Shown one piece after another: positions 53,361 to 64,000 of a stretch of DNA of 64,000 nt. The notes under the pieces were generated by a model. That model was not told the DNA's origin and searched no databases. It was given only the letters and a program-made list of their open reading frames with translations. The position numbers and the translations under genes are program-made. Origin of the DNA: Escherichia coli (GTDB taxonomy: Bacteria; Pseudomonadota; Gammaproteobacteria; Enterobacterales; Enterobacteriaceae); the NCBI RefSeq assembly GCF_050920415.1, contig NZ_CP169309.1. One strand, written 5' to 3'. Within the stretch, counting starts at the first letter, position 1, and each line of letters opens with the position of its first letter.

Positions 53361-54179
53361 ATGACCACACGCGTGATTGCACTCGACTTAGACGGCACCT
53401 TATTGACCCCGAAAAAAACCTTGCTTCCTTCATCGATAGAAGCCCTGGCCCGCGCTCGCGAAGCAGGCTATCAATTAATCATCGTCACGGGCCGCCATCA
53501 TGTCGCTATTCATCCTTTTTATCAGGCGCTGGCGCTGGATACACCTGCTATTTGCTGTAATGGCACCTATTTGTATGATTATCATGCAAAAACAGTGCTT
53601 GAAGCCGATCCAATGCCCGTTAATAAAGCCCTGCAACTCATTGAGATGCTGAATGAACACCACATTCACGGTCTGATGTATGTGGATGATGCAATGGTCT
53701 ATGAGCACCCGACCGGGCATGTCATTCGCACGTCTAACTGGGCGCAAACCCTGCCGCCGGAACAGCGTCCGACCTTTACCCAGGTTGCTTCACTGGCCGA
53801 GACAGCGCAGGAAGTTAACGCAGTATGGAAGTTCGCCCTGACACACGATGACCTGCCGCAATTGCAGCATTTTGGTAAGCATGTTGAACATGAATTGGGA
53901 CTGGAGTGTGAATGGTCCTGGCACGATCAGGTTGATATTGCCCGCGGTGGTAACAGCAAAGGTAAACGCCTGACGAAATGGGTTGAGGCGCAAGGCTGGT
54001 CGATGGAAAACGTCGTCGCATTCGGCGATAATTTTAATGATATCAGTATGCTGGAAGCCGCTGGTACAGGCGTGGCGATGGGCAACGCTGATGACGCAGT
54101 AAAAGCGCGTGCCAACATTGTGATTGGTGATAACACCACCGACAGCATTGCCCGGTTCATTTATAACCACCTGATTTAA
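53361..54179 (+). CDS. ybhA: HAD-family pyridoxal phosphate phosphatase YbhA
   Basis: ORF 53259..54179; from MTTRVIALDLDGTLLTPKKTLLPSSIEALARAREAGYQLIIVTGRHH, 272 aa. Confidence 0.9.
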   Translation: MTTRVIALDLDGTLLTPKKTLLPSSIEALARAREAGYQLIIVTGRHHVAIHPFYQALALDTPAICCNGTYLYDYHAKTVLEADPMPVNKALQLIEMLNEHHIHGLMYVDDAMVYEHPTGHVIRTSNWAQTLPPEQRPTFTQVASLAETAQEVNAVWKFALTHDDLPQLQHFGKHVEHELGLECEWSWHDQVDIARGGNSKGKRLTKWVEAQGWSMENVVAFGDNFNDISMLEAAGTGVAMGNADDAVKARANIVIGDNTTDSIARFIYNHLI

Positions 54180-55238
54180 TCAGGCGGTTATCGAGACACT
54201 TTTAATTTGCGCGTATAGCCATAGGCCAGGTTTGATCGCCAGTTCATCCCTGGCCCACGGGCTTATTCGCGCCCACAGCGTTTTACCGCCGACTTCCAAT
54301 TCCACTTCCACCTGACCGTTGTCGTCATAGCTATTGACGACTTTGGCGCGCAATACGTTACGAATGCTGGTTTGTTGCGGCGGTTGTAAAACCAGAGAAA
54401 CATCGGAAGCCTGGATGCGGATGCGTAGCGCGGCTTGCAGCGGTTCATCCAGCTTATTAACCCACAAATGCTGATCGCCCAGCGCCAGCGCGGTCATCGC
54501 GTAACGCGGATGATGTTCCAGTACCGTTACTTTCAGAATGCTGCTTTGTTGCTCTTTCGGCAACCATGGATTCATTACGCTACTGCCCCAGACTTCTTCC
54601 AGCGCACCGAACGCTTTCACCTGGCCGTTTTCCAGTACCATCACTCGGTCTGCCAGATGGAGGATCTCATCCAGCGAATGGCTGACATAGAGCATCGGAA
54701 TGTTGATTTCCCGCGTCAACCGTTGCAGATAAGGCAATAGCTCGCGTTTTCGCGGAAGATCCAGCGAGGCCAGTGGTTCATCCAGCAATAATAATTCCGG
54801 TGCCGTCAGCAATGCCCGGCCAATTGCCACACGCTGTTTTTCGCCTCCGGACAGGCTGCCCGGTAAACGCTCAAGCAACGGATCAATGCCTAAAAGCGCC
54901 ACCAGCTTATCGAACTGATCGACCATGCTTTTCGCCATGCCGTAGCGCAGATTTCCACGTACTTTGTAATGCGGAAACAGCCGCGCATCCTGAAACACAT
55001 AACCAACGCGACGCTTTTCTGGCGAAAGGCAGATCCCTTTTTCGGCGTCATTTAGTACCCGACCATTGAGGACAATCCGCCCTTTTTGCGGACGTGTCAG
55101 CCCACTGATGGCATTAATCAGCGAGGTTTTTCCAGCTCCGGAGACACCAAAGATAGCGGTGATACCATTGGCGGGCAGCGTTTCATTAATGGCCAGGCAA
55201 TGATTGCCCAACGTCTGGGAAAAATTCAGTTCCAGCAT
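54180..55238 (-). CDS. modC: molybdate ABC transporter ATPase ModC
   Basis: 352-aa ORF; Walker [10 protein letters not shown], signature [15 protein letters not shown]. Confidence 0.95.
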   Translation of the reverse strand: MLELNFSQTLGNHCLAINETLPANGITAIFGVSGAGKTSLINAISGLTRPQKGRIVLNGRVLNDAEKGICLSPEKRRVGYVFQDARLFPHYKVRGNLRYGMAKSMVDQFDKLVALLGIDPLLERLPGSLSGGEKQRVAIGRALLTAPELLLLDEPLASLDLPRKRELLPYLQRLTREINIPMLYVSHSLDEILHLADRVMVLENGQVKAFGALEEVWGSSVMNPWLPKEQQSSILKVTVLEHHPRYAMTALALGDQHLWVNKLDEPLQAALRIRIQASDVSLVLQPPQQTSIRNVLRAKVVNSYDDNGQVEVELEVGGKTLWARISPWARDELAIKPGLWLYAQIKSVSITA

Positions 55239-55240
55239 GA

Positions 55241-55930
55241 TTAGCGCCCCGCCCGTTCACGGCTGATTCTGGCCAGCCATTCAGAAATCAACAGGGAGAT
55301 CATCGCCAGCGCAATAGAGATAATGCACAGTCTCGCCGCACCACTTTCCCCGCCGGGGGTCTGGATCAGGGTATACATGGCTGAAGGAATGGTTCGCGTT
55401 TCGCCAGGAATGTTAGAAACAAAGGTGATCGTTGCCCCAAACTCACCAAGCGAACGAGCGAATGCCAGTACCGTACCGACGATAATTCCCGGTAAGGTCA
55501 GCGGTAACGTGATAGTAAAGAACACGCGCCAGCGCCCTGCCCCCAATGTTCTTGCGGCCTGTTCCAGTTTGACATCAACCCCTTCCAGCGCCAGACGAAT
55601 TGCCCGCACCATCAACGGAAACGACATCACGGCGGCAGCGAGAACCGCGCCACGCCAGCTAAAGGCGAAGGTAATGCCAAACCAGTCATACAGACGTTCA
55701 CCGATAAATCCGCGCCGTCCCATCGAAACTAATAACAAGTAACCGACGACCACGGGCGGTAACACCAGCGGTAGATGCAGTACGCTGTCGAGCAGAGCTT
55801 TGCCCGGAAATGTGCAACGCACCAGTAACCAGGCAAAAAAGATCCCAAACGGCAGGCTAAACAGCACAGCCAGGGAAGAAACTTTCAGGCTTAATAAAAC
55901 CGCCTGCCATTCTGGATCGGTCAGTATCAT
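55241..55930 (-). CDS. modB: molybdate ABC transporter permease ModB
   Basis: 229-aa multi-[41 protein letters not shown]... Confidence 0.95.
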   Translation of the reverse strand: MILTDPEWQAVLLSLKVSSLAVLFSLPFGIFFAWLLVRCTFPGKALLDSVLHLPLVLPPVVVGYLLLVSMGRRGFIGERLYDWFGITFAFSWRGAVLAAAVMSFPLMVRAIRLALEGVDVKLEQAARTLGAGRWRVFFTITLPLTLPGIIVGTVLAFARSLGEFGATITFVSNIPGETRTIPSAMYTLIQTPGGESGAARLCIISIALAMISLLISEWLARISRERAGR

Positions 55931-56703
55931 TACTTGGTTGTAAATCCGTAGCGTTTAAAAATTTCCGCAGCCTGCGGTCCCTTCAGATAATCATAAAATG
56001 CTTTTACTGTCGCATTGTTATGTCCTTCCACAACAGCAACCGGATATTCCACTTTTTTATGTGAATCTTCCGGGAAGGTGGCAACCACTTTTACCCCTTT
56101 GCTGGCAACTGCGTCAGAACCGTAAACAATACCCAGCGGCGCTTCATTGCGTTCGACCAACGCCAGCGCGCCACGAACATCTTCCGCCGGAGCCAGTTTC
56201 GGGGAGAGCGTATCCCATGCGCCCAGTTTTTGCAGTGCTTCTTTTGCATAAATGCCAGCGGGAACATGTTCCGGATCACCAACCGCCAGGCGACCGCCAT
56301 TCAGCAGCGAAGTCCAGTTGGTTTTGCTGTCAATGGAGAAATCTTTCTGCTCGCTGGCTTTCGGTGCTACAACAACCAGGCTATTACCGAGTAGAGTCTG
56401 ACGCGAGGCCGTATCGATCGCTTTTTTATCAACCGCATAATCCATCCATTTCTGATCGGCAGAAATAAACAGATCCGCAGGCGCACCCGCTTCAATCTGA
56501 CGGGCCAGGGTAGAAGACGAGGCGAAAGAAGAGACGACATCTACGCCTTTCTCTTTTTTATACTGCGTAGCGATGTCCTGCATTGCGTTAGTCAGTGATG
56601 CGGCGGCGAATACCGTGATTTTCCCTTCATCTGCCAGTACATTGCCAGCAGCAGCGAAAGAGAGTGCCGCCCCGGCAAACAAGTTCAACCATTTACGAGC
56701 CAT
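55930..56703 (-). CDS. modA: molybdate-binding periplasmic protein ModA
   Basis: 257-aa ORF MARKWLNLFAGAALSFAAAGNVLADEGKITVFAAASLTNAMQDIATQYKKEKG... Confidence 0.95.
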   Translation of the reverse strand: MARKWLNLFAGAALSFAAAGNVLADEGKITVFAAASLTNAMQDIATQYKKEKGVDVVSSFASSSTLARQIEAGAPADLFISADQKWMDYAVDKKAIDTASRQTLLGNSLVVVAPKASEQKDFSIDSKTNWTSLLNGGRLAVGDPEHVPAGIYAKEALQKLGAWDTLSPKLAPAEDVRGALALVERNEAPLGIVYGSDAVASKGVKVVATFPEDSHKKVEYPVAVVEGHNNATVKAFYDYLKGPQAAEIFKRYGFTTK

Positions 56704-56720
56704 TGGTAACCCCTTAATGC

Positions 56721-56747
56721 AACGTTATGTAGGCGATAATATAACGG
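56721..56747. promoter_or_regulatory. ModE operator in modA promoter region
   Basis: Minus strand reads CCGTTATATTATCGCCTACATAACGTT, resembling the ModE site CGTTATATT...TACATAACG. Confidence 0.5.
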
Positions 56748-56868
56748 CTAGCTCAGAATTTTCCCAGCAGTTATTGCTAACCTTTGTGAGGTAGATGAGA
56801 AAAATATCGGCAGGAAAAGCAGGAAGTTGAGAACAAGAAAATGCCCGACTAAGCGGGCATTCAGGGAA

Positions 56869-57036
<168 letters not shown>

Positions 57037-57146
57037 TCATGAGACTATTCTAACCGCTAAGCACAGAAAAGCACTCCCCTTTTGTGCGGTCAGCTTTGCG
57101 TGGCGTTCGTTTTCCGTCACAATAAGACTTTTGCCAGGACATTGTT

Positions 57147-57935
57147 ATGCAGGCCGAAATCCTTCTCACCCTTAAGCTCCAACAAAAATTATTCGCCGAC
57201 CCGCGCCGCATTTCGTTACTAAAACACATTGCGCTTTCCGGTTCCATTAGCCAGGGAGCGAAAGATGCCGGTATCAGCTATAAAAGCGCCTGGGATGCCA
57301 TTAACGAGATGAATCAGTTAAGTGAGCATATTCTGGTTGAGCGCGCAACAGGCGGTAAAGGTGGCGGCGGCGCAGTACTGACCCGCTATGGTCAGCGACT
57401 GATTCAGCTCTATGATTTACTGGCGCAAATCCAGCAAAAAGCCTTTGATGTGTTAAGTGACGATGACGCCTTGCCGCTGAACAGCCTGCTGGCCGCGATC
57501 TCACGTTTTTCACTGCAGACCAGTGCCCGTAACCAGTGGTTTGGCACCATCACCGCCCGCGATCATGATGACATTCAACAACATGTTGATGTCTTACTGG
57601 CCGATGGCAAAACACGCCTTAAAGTCGCGATTACCGCACAAAGTGGCGCACGTCTGGGACTGGATGAAGGCAAAGAAGTGTTGATTCTGCTGAAAGCGCC
57701 GTGGGTGAACATTACTCAGGATGACACTGTCGCCCAGGGTGCCGACAACCAATTGCCGGGCATTATTCGTCATATAGAGCGCGGTGCAGAACAGTGCGAA
57801 GTATTAATGGCGTTACCTGACGGGCAAACTCTGTGCGCCACGGTGCCGATAAATGAAGCAGCTTCTCTTGAACAAGGGCAGAATGCCACGGCTTACTTTA
57901 ACGCCGACAGCGTGATTATCGCTACGCTTTGCTAA
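57147..57935 (+). CDS. modE: molybdate-responsive transcriptional regulator ModE
   Basis: 262-aa ORF MQAEILLTLKLQQKLFADPRRISLLKHIALSGSISQGAKDAGISYKSAWDAINEMNQL... Confidence 0.95.
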   Translation: MQAEILLTLKLQQKLFADPRRISLLKHIALSGSISQGAKDAGISYKSAWDAINEMNQLSEHILVERATGGKGGGGAVLTRYGQRLIQLYDLLAQIQQKAFDVLSDDDALPLNSLLAAISRFSLQTSARNQWFGTITARDHDDIQQHVDVLLADGKTRLKVAITAQSGARLGLDEGKEVLILLKAPWVNITQDDTVAQGADNQLPGIIRHIERGAEQCEVLMALPDGQTLCATVPINEAASLEQGQNATAYFNADSVIIATLC

Positions 57936-58002
57936 GCGTGTTGACAATTTGTTATGAAACACGTATCCCTGTCAGTAATCGCTGCAAAAAATGGGATATA
58001 AA

Positions 58003-59475
58003 ATGTCATCGTTGCAAATTTTGCAAGGCACGTTTCGTCTTAGCGACACAAAAACGCTGCAATTGTCTCAGCTAACGTTAAACGCGGGTGATAGTTGGGC
58101 GTTTGTCGGTTCGAATGGAAGCGGGAAGTCGGCGCTGGCCCGCGCGCTGGCGGGGGAACTTCCGTTTTTGAAAGGTGAACGACAAAGTCAGTTTTCCCAC
58201 ATCACTCGTCTCTCCTTCGAGCAATTGCAAAAGCTCGTCAGCGACGAATGGCAACGGAATAACACCGATATGCTCGGCCCTGGCGAAGATGACACCGGAC
58301 GCACTACGGCTGAAATCATTCAGGATGAAATTAAGGATGCACAGCGTTGTGCGCAGTTGGCGCAGCAGTTCGGCATTACCGCCCTTCTCGACCGACGCTT
58401 TAAATACCTTTCCACTGGCGAGACGCGAAAAACCCTGCTGTGTCAGGCGCTGATGTCGGAGCCAGACTTGTTGATTCTTGATGAGCCGTTCGATGGCCTG
58501 GATGTTGCCTCACGTCAGCAGCTGGCTGAGCTGCTCGCCTCGTTACATCAGTCCGGTATTACCCTGGTACTGGTGCTCAATCGCTTCGATGAGATCCCGG
58601 AATTTGTCCAGTTTGCTGGCGTGCTGGCGGATTGCACGTTAGCGGAAACTGGCGCTAAAGAGGAACTGCTCCAACAAGCACTCGTCGCGCAACTGGCGCA
58701 TAGCGAACAGCTTGAAGGTGTGCAACTGCCGGAGCCAGATGAACCTTCAGCACGTCACGCCTTACCCGCCAACGAACCGCGCATTGTGCTGAAAAATGGC
58801 GTGGTTTCTTATAACGATCGCCCCATTCTTAATAACCTTAGCTGGCAGGTGAATCCAGGCGAGCACTGGCAAATTGTCGGGCCAAATGGCGCGGGAAAAT
58901 CGACGCTATTAAGCCTGATTACAGGCGATCATCCGCAAGGTTACAGCAACGATTTGACGCTTTTTGGACGACGTCGCGGCAGCGGCGAAACCATCTGGGA
59001 CATCAAAAAGCATATCGGTTACGTCAGCAGTAGTTTGCATCTGGATTACCGGGTCAGCACTACCGTGCGTAATGTGATCCTTTCTGGCTATTTTGATTCG
59101 ATTGGCATTTATCAGGCCGTTTCAGATCGCCAGCAAAAACTGGTGCAGCAGTGGCTGGATATTCTCGGCATTGATAAACGCACGGCTGACGCTCCTTTCC
59201 ATAGTCTTTCCTGGGGACAGCAGCGTCTGGCGCTGATCGTTCGCGCACTGGTGAAGCATCCGACTTTGCTTATTCTTGATGAACCTTTACAGGGCCTTGA
59301 TCCACTCAATCGCCAGCTTATCCGCCGTTTTGTTGATGTGCTGATTAGCGAAGGTGAAACGCAATTATTGTTTGTTTCACACCACGCCGAAGATGCGCCC
59401 GCCTGTATTTCCCATCGTCTTGAGTTCGTGCCGGACGGTGACCTCTATCGTTATGCGCTGACAAAAATAAACTGA
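58003..59475 (+). CDS. modF: ABC-family ATPase ModF (two ATP-binding cassettes)
   Basis: ORF 57991..59475; from MSSLQILQGTFRLSDTKTLQL...; two Walker A motifs GSNGSGKS and GPNGAGKS. Confidence 0.93.
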   Translation: MSSLQILQGTFRLSDTKTLQLSQLTLNAGDSWAFVGSNGSGKSALARALAGELPFLKGERQSQFSHITRLSFEQLQKLVSDEWQRNNTDMLGPGEDDTGRTTAEIIQDEIKDAQRCAQLAQQFGITALLDRRFKYLSTGETRKTLLCQALMSEPDLLILDEPFDGLDVASRQQLAELLASLHQSGITLVLVLNRFDEIPEFVQFAGVLADCTLAETGAKEELLQQALVAQLAHSEQLEGVQLPEPDEPSARHALPANEPRIVLKNGVVSYNDRPILNNLSWQVNPGEHWQIVGPNGAGKSTLLSLITGDHPQGYSNDLTLFGRRRGSGETIWDIKKHIGYVSSSLHLDYRVSTTVRNVILSGYFDSIGIYQAVSDRQQKLVQQWLDILGIDKRTADAPFHSLSWGQQRLALIVRALVKHPTLLILDEPLQGLDPLNRQLIRRFVDVLISEGETQLLFVSHHAEDAPACISHRLEFVPDGDLYRYALTKIN

Positions 59476-59642
59476 GTCGGTAATGCTGACTGTACCGGAG
59501 GCGGCCTTAGCGCCCTCTCCGGCCTAAAGTTCGACGCATCCAGGCATGAAACCGCGACTTTTTTCAGATAAAAAGCGCAATCATTCATAAACCCTCTGTT
59601 TTATAATCACTTAATCGTGCATAAAGAACGGCTAAATTCTTG

Positions 59643-59658
59643 TGTAAACGATTCCACT
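59643..59658. promoter_or_regulatory. gal operator OE (GalR/GalS site) upstream of galE
   Basis: GTGTAAACGATTCCAC about 80 bp upstream of galE ATG. Confidence 0.75.
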
Positions 59659-59735
59659 AATTTATTCCATGTCACACTTTTCGCATCTTTGTTATGCTAT
59701 GGTTATTTCATACCATAAGCCTAATGGAGCGAATT

Positions 59736-60752
59736 ATGAGAGTTCTGGTTACCGGTGGTAGCGGTTACATTGGAAGTCATACCTGTGTGCAATTACTGCA
59801 AAACGGTCATGATGTCATCATTCTTGATAACCTCTGTAACAGTAAGCGCAGCGTACTGCCTGTTATCGAGCGTTTAGGCGGCAAACATCCAACGTTTGTT
59901 GAAGGTGATATCCGTAACGAAGCGTTGATGACCGAGATCCTGCACGATCACGCTATCGACACCGTGATCCACTTCGCCGGGCTGAAAGCCGTTGGCGAAT
60001 CGGTACAAAAACCGCTGGAATATTACGACAACAATGTCAACGGCACCCTGCGCCTGATTAGCGCCATGCGCGCCGCTAACGTCAAAAACTTTATCTTCAG
60101 CTCCTCCGCCACCGTTTATGGCGATCAGCCCAAAATTCCATACGTTGAAAGCTTCCCGACCGGCACGCCACAAAGTCCTTACGGCAAAAGCAAGCTGATG
60201 GTGGAACAGATCCTCACCGATCTGCAAAAAGCCCAGCCGGACTGGAGCATTGCCCTGCTGCGCTACTTCAACCCAGTTGGCGCGCATCCGTCGGGCGATA
60301 TGGGCGAAGATCCGCAAGGTATTCCGAATAACCTGATGCCATACATCGCCCAGGTTGCCGTAGGCCGTCGCGACTCGCTGGCTATTTTTGGTAACGATTA
60401 TCCGACCGAAGACGGTACTGGCGTACGCGATTACATCCACGTAATGGACCTGGCAGACGGCCACGTCGTGGCAATGGAAAAACTGGCGAACAAGCCAGGC
60501 GTACACATCTACAACCTCGGCGCAGGCGTAGGCAGCAGCGTGCTGGATGTGGTTAATGCCTTCAGTAAAGCTTGCGGCAAACCGGTTAATTATCATTTTG
60601 CACCGCGTCGCGAGGGCGACCTTCCGGCCTACTGGGCTGACGCCAGCAAAGCCGACCGTGAACTGAACTGGCGCGTAACGCGCACACTCGATGAAATGGC
60701 ACAGGACACCTGGCACTGGCAGTCACGCCATCCACAGGGATATCCCGATTAA
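59736..60752 (+). CDS. galE: UDP-glucose 4-epimerase GalE
   Basis: ORF 59694..60752; from MRVLVTGGSGYIGSHTCVQLLQNGHDVIILDNLCNSKRSVLPVIERLGGKHPTFVEGDIRNEALMTEIL..., 338 aa. Confidence 0.96.
   Translation: MRVLVTGGSGYIGSHTCVQLLQNGHDVIILDNLCNSKRSVLPVIERLGGKHPTFVEGDIRNEALMTEILHDHAIDTVIHFAGLKAVGESVQKPLEYYDNNVNGTLRLISAMRAANVKNFIFSSSATVYGDQPKIPYVESFPTGTPQSPYGKSKLMVEQILTDLQKAQPDWSIALLRYFNPVGAHPSGDMGEDPQGIPNNLMPYIAQVAVGRRDSLAIFGNDYPTEDGTGVRDYIHVMDLADGHVVAMEKLANKPGVHIYNLGAGVGSSVLDVVNAFSKACGKPVNYHFAPRREGDLPAYWADASKADRELNWRVTRTLDEMAQDTWHWQSRHPQGYPD
59755..59770. promoter_or_regulatory. gal operator OI (internal GalR site within galE 5-prime end)
   Basis: GTGGTAGCGGTTACAT inside first codons of galE. 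Confidence 0.75.
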
Positions 60753-60761
60753 GGAACGACC

Positions 60762-61808
60762 ATGACGCAATTTAATCCCGTTGATCATCCACATCGCCGC
60801 TACAACCCGCTCACCGGGCAATGGATTCTGGTTTCACCGCACCGCGCCAAGCGCCCCTGGCAGGGGGCGCAGGAAACGCCAGCCAAACAGGTGTTACCTG
60901 CGCACGATCCAGATTGCTTCCTCTGCGCAGGTAATGTGCGGGTGACAGGCGATAAAAACCCCGATTACACCGGGACTTACGTTTTCACTAATGACTTTGC
61001 GGCCTTGATGTCTGACACGCCAGATGCGCCAGAAAGCAACGATCCTTTGATGCGTTGTCAGAGCGCGCGCGGTACCAGCCGGGTGATCTGCTTTTCACCG
61101 GATCACAGTAAAACGCTGCCAGAACTGGGCGTTGCGGCATTGACGGAAATCGTCAAAACCTGGCAGGAGCAAACCGCAGAACTGGGGAAAACATACCCGT
61201 GGGTGCAGGTCTTTGAAAACAAAGGCGCGGCGATGGGCTGCTCTAACCCGCATCCGCACGGACAGATTTGGGCAAATAGCTTCCTGCCTAACGAAGCTGA
61301 GCGCGAAGACCGCCTGCAAAAAGAATATTTCGCCGGGCAGAAATCACCAATGCTGGTGGATTATGTTCAGCGCGAGCTGGCAGACGGTAGCCGTACCGTT
61401 GTCGAAACCGAACACTGGTTAGCCGTTGTGCCTTACTGGGCTGCCTGGCCGTTCGAAACGCTACTGCTGCCCAAAGCCCACGTTTTGCGAATCACCGATT
61501 TGACCGACGCCCAACGCAGCGATTTGGCGCTGGCGTTGAAAAAGCTGACCAGTCGTTATGACAACCTCTTCCAGTGCTCCTTCCCCTACTCTATGGGCTG
61601 GCACGGCGCACCGTTTAATGGCGAAGAGAATAAACACTGGCAGCTGCACGCGCACTTTTATCCGCCTCTGCTGCGCTCCGCCACCGTACGTAAATTTATG
61701 GTTGGTTATGAAATGCTGGCAGAGACCCAGCGAGACCTGACCGCAGAACAGGCAGCAGAGCGTTTACGCGCAGTCAGCGATATCCATTTTCGCGAATCCG
61801 GAGTGTAA
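60762..61808 (+). CDS. galT: galactose-1-phosphate uridylyltransferase GalT
   Basis: 348-aa [38 protein letters not shown]... with HPHGQ active-site motif. Confidence 0.96.
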   Translation: MTQFNPVDHPHRRYNPLTGQWILVSPHRAKRPWQGAQETPAKQVLPAHDPDCFLCAGNVRVTGDKNPDYTGTYVFTNDFAALMSDTPDAPESNDPLMRCQSARGTSRVICFSPDHSKTLPELGVAALTEIVKTWQEQTAELGKTYPWVQVFENKGAAMGCSNPHPHGQIWANSFLPNEAEREDRLQKEYFAGQKSPMLVDYVQRELADGSRTVVETEHWLAVVPYWAAWPFETLLLPKAHVLRITDLTDAQRSDLALALKKLTSRYDNLFQCSFPYSMGWHGAPFNGEENKHWQLHAHFYPPLLRSATVRKFMVGYEMLAETQRDLTAEQAAERLRAVSDIHFRESGV

Positions 61809-61811
61809 GTA

Positions 61812-62960
61812 ATGAGTCTGAAAGAAAAAACACAATCTCTGTTTGCCAATGCATTTGGCTACCCTGCCACTCATACCATTCAGGCGCCTGGCCGCGTGAA
61901 TCTTATTGGCGAACACACCGACTACAACGACGGTTTCGTTCTGCCCTGCGCAATTGATTATCAAACCGTCATTAGTTGTGCGCCACGTGATGACCGTAAC
62001 GTTCGCGTGATGGCAGCCGATTATGAAAATCAGCTCGACGAGTTTTCCCTCGATGCGCCCATTGTCGCGCATGAAAACTATCAATGGGCTAACTACGTTC
62101 GTGGCGTGGTGAAACATCTGCAACTGCGTAACAACAGCTTCGGCGGCGTGGACATGGTGATCAGCGGCAATGTGCCGCAGGGGGCCGGGTTAAGTTCTTC
62201 CGCTTCACTGGAAGTCGCGGTCGGAACCGTATTGCAGCAGCTTTATCATCTGCCGCTGGACGGCGCACAAATCGCACTTAACGGCCAGGAAGCAGAAAAC
62301 CAGTTTGTTGGCTGTAACTGTGGGATCATGGATCAGCTGATTTCCGCGCTCGGCAAAAAAGATCATGCCTTGCTGATCGATTGCCGCTCACTGGGCACCA
62401 AAGCGGTTTCCATGCCGAAAGGTGTGGCTGTCGTCATCATCAACAGTAACTTCAAACGTACCCTGGTTGGCAGCGAATACAACACCCGTCGTGAACAGTG
62501 CGAAACCGGTGCGCGTTTCTTCCAGCAGCCAGCCCTGCGCGATGTCACCATTGAAGAGTTCAACGCTGTTGCGCATGAACTGGACCCGATCGTGGCGAAA
62601 CGCGTGCGTCATATCCTGACTGAAAACGCCCGTACCGTTGAAGCAGCCAGCGCACTGGAGCAAGGCGACCTGAAACGTATGGGCGAGTTGATGGCGGAGT
62701 CTCATGCTTCTATGCGAGATGATTTCGAAATCACCGTGCCGCAAATTGACACTCTGGTAGAAATCGTCAAAGCTGTGATTGGCGACAAAGGTGGCGTACG
62801 CATGACCGGCGGCGGATTTGGCGGCTGTATCGTCGCACTGATCCCGGAAGAGCTGGTGCCTGCCGTACAGCAAGCTGTCGCTGAACAATATGAAGCAAAA
62901 ACAGGTATTAAAGAGACTTTTTACGTTTGTAAACCATCACAAGGAGCAGGACAGTGCTGA
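61812..62960 (+). CDS. galK: galactokinase GalK
   Basis: 382-aa [56 protein letters not shown]... Confidence 0.96.
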   Translation: MSLKEKTQSLFANAFGYPATHTIQAPGRVNLIGEHTDYNDGFVLPCAIDYQTVISCAPRDDRNVRVMAADYENQLDEFSLDAPIVAHENYQWANYVRGVVKHLQLRNNSFGGVDMVISGNVPQGAGLSSSASLEVAVGTVLQQLYHLPLDGAQIALNGQEAENQFVGCNCGIMDQLISALGKKDHALLIDCRSLGTKAVSMPKGVAVVIINSNFKRTLVGSEYNTRREQCETGARFFQQPALRDVTIEEFNAVAHELDPIVAKRVRHILTENARTVEAASALEQGDLKRMGELMAESHASMRDDFEITVPQIDTLVEIVKAVIGDKGGVRMTGGGFGGCIVALIPEELVPAVQQAVAEQYEAKTGIKETFYVCKPSQGAGQC

Positions 62961-63994
62961 ACGAAACTCCCGCACTGGCACCCGATGGTCAGCCGTACCG
63001 ACTGTTAACTTTGCGTAACAACGCAGGGATGGTAGTCACGCTGATGGACTGGGGTGCGACTTTACTTTCCGCCCGTATTCCGCTTTCCGATGGCAGCGTC
63101 CGCGAGGCGCTGCTTGGCTGCGCCAGCCCGGAATGCTATCAGGATCAGGCCGCATTTCTTGGGGCCTCTATTGGTCGTTATGCAAACCGTATCGCCAATA
63201 GTCGTTATACCTTTGACGATGAAACCGTAACGCTTTCGCCAAGTCAGGGCGTCAACCAGCTGCACGGCGGCCCGGAAGGGTTCGACAAACATCGCTGGCA
63301 GATTGTGAACCAGAACGATCGTCAGGTGCTGTTTGCCTTGAGTTCAGATGATGGCGATCAGGGCTTTCCGGGGAATCTCGGCGCGACAGTGCAGTATCGT
63401 CTGACCGACGATAACCGTATCTCTATTACTTATCGCGCCACGGTTGATAAACCTTGCCCGGTGAATATGACTAACCACGTCTATTTCAACCTCGACGGCG
63501 AGCAGTCTGACGTACGCAATCACAAGCTGCAGATTCTGGCAGACGAATATCTGCCGGTTGATGAAGGCGGCATTCCGCACGACGGCCTGAAATCTGTCGC
63601 CGGAACGTCTTTTGATTTCCGCAGCGCCAAAATCATCGCCAGTGAATTTCTTGCCGACGATGATCAGCGCAAAGTGAAAGGTTACGATCATGCGTTCTTG
63701 TTACAGGCTAAAGGTGATGGCAAGAAAGTGGCGGCGCATGTCTGGTCAGCAGATGAAAAATTGCAACTGAAGGTCTACACCACCGCTCCGGCTCTGCAAT
63801 TTTACTCCGGCAACTTCCTTGGTGGCACGCCGTCACGGGGAACTGAACCTTACGCTGACTGGCAGGGACTGGCTCTGGAAAGCGAGTTTCTGCCGGACAG
63901 CCCAAACCACCCTGAATGGCCGCAACCGGACTGCTTCCTGCGTCCTGGCGAAGAGTATTCCAGCCTGACTGAATATCAGTTTATTGCTGAATAA
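62954..63994 (+). CDS. galM: aldose 1-epimerase (galactose mutarotase) GalM
   Basis: 346-aa [50 protein letters not shown]... Confidence 0.95.
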   Translation: MLNETPALAPDGQPYRLLTLRNNAGMVVTLMDWGATLLSARIPLSDGSVREALLGCASPECYQDQAAFLGASIGRYANRIANSRYTFDDETVTLSPSQGVNQLHGGPEGFDKHRWQIVNQNDRQVLFALSSDDGDQGFPGNLGATVQYRLTDDNRISITYRATVDKPCPVNMTNHVYFNLDGEQSDVRNHKLQILADEYLPVDEGGIPHDGLKSVAGTSFDFRSAKIIASEFLADDDQRKVKGYDHAFLLQAKGDGKKVAAHVWSADEKLQLKVYTTAPALQFYSGNFLGGTPSRGTEPYADWQGLALESEFLPDSPNHPEWPQPDCFLRPGEEYSSLTEYQFIAE

Positions 63995-64000
63995 CTTTAA

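Noticed and set aside
59476-59735. Additional REP-like element and promoters between modF and galE
   Set aside because: Only the gal operators OE and OI could be placed with confidence; the GC-rich palindromic stretch at 59480-59540 does not match the REP consensus well enough to call.
59874-60716. 280-aa minus-strand ORF inside galE
   Set aside because: Antisense to a highly conserved, intact galE; no independent start context. The same reasoning applies to the antisense ORFs inside galK (62388..62888), bioC/bioF (577..933, 937..1272), bioA (3455..4319) and the other track ORFs nested opposite annotated genes.

Overview
This window is an Escherichia coli chromosomal segment in the K-12 gene order bioD-bioC-bioF-bioB / bioA-ybhB-[attB lambda]-ybhC-ybhJ-ybhI-ybhH-ybhD-pgl-ybhA-modCBA-acrZ-modEF-galETKM, read in the inverted orientation. 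A ~39.4 kb mosaic lambdoid prophage sits at the lambda attachment site between ybhB and ybhC (5123..44557), bounded by identical 15-bp cores TTAGTATAAAAAAGC. Its integration, cII, nin, Q and lysis modules are lambda-type; its packaging, head, ejection-protein and tailspike genes are P22-type (podovirus-like); its N protein resembles phage 21 N. The prophage looks defective: single-nucleotide frameshifts split the portal, large terminase (twice) and endolysin R genes, and a 1310-bp IS3-family element (IS629-like) interrupts an early-left gene. The most interesting candidates for an undescribed function are accessory genes at classical moron positions: a small AT-rich membrane protein co-transcribed with the repressor (the rexAB position), an N-linked unknown ORF followed by the IS-disrupted Lys/Glu/Ala-rich protein, an orphan Mnt-like repressor with a 25-aa hydrophobic peptide, and an O-antigen acyltransferase next to a tailspike with a non-P22 receptor domain. 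All protein identifications rest on reading the supplied translations against sequences recalled from memory; no database search was run, and I cannot confirm that any element is truly novel. No rRNA, tRNA or CRISPR array was seen.
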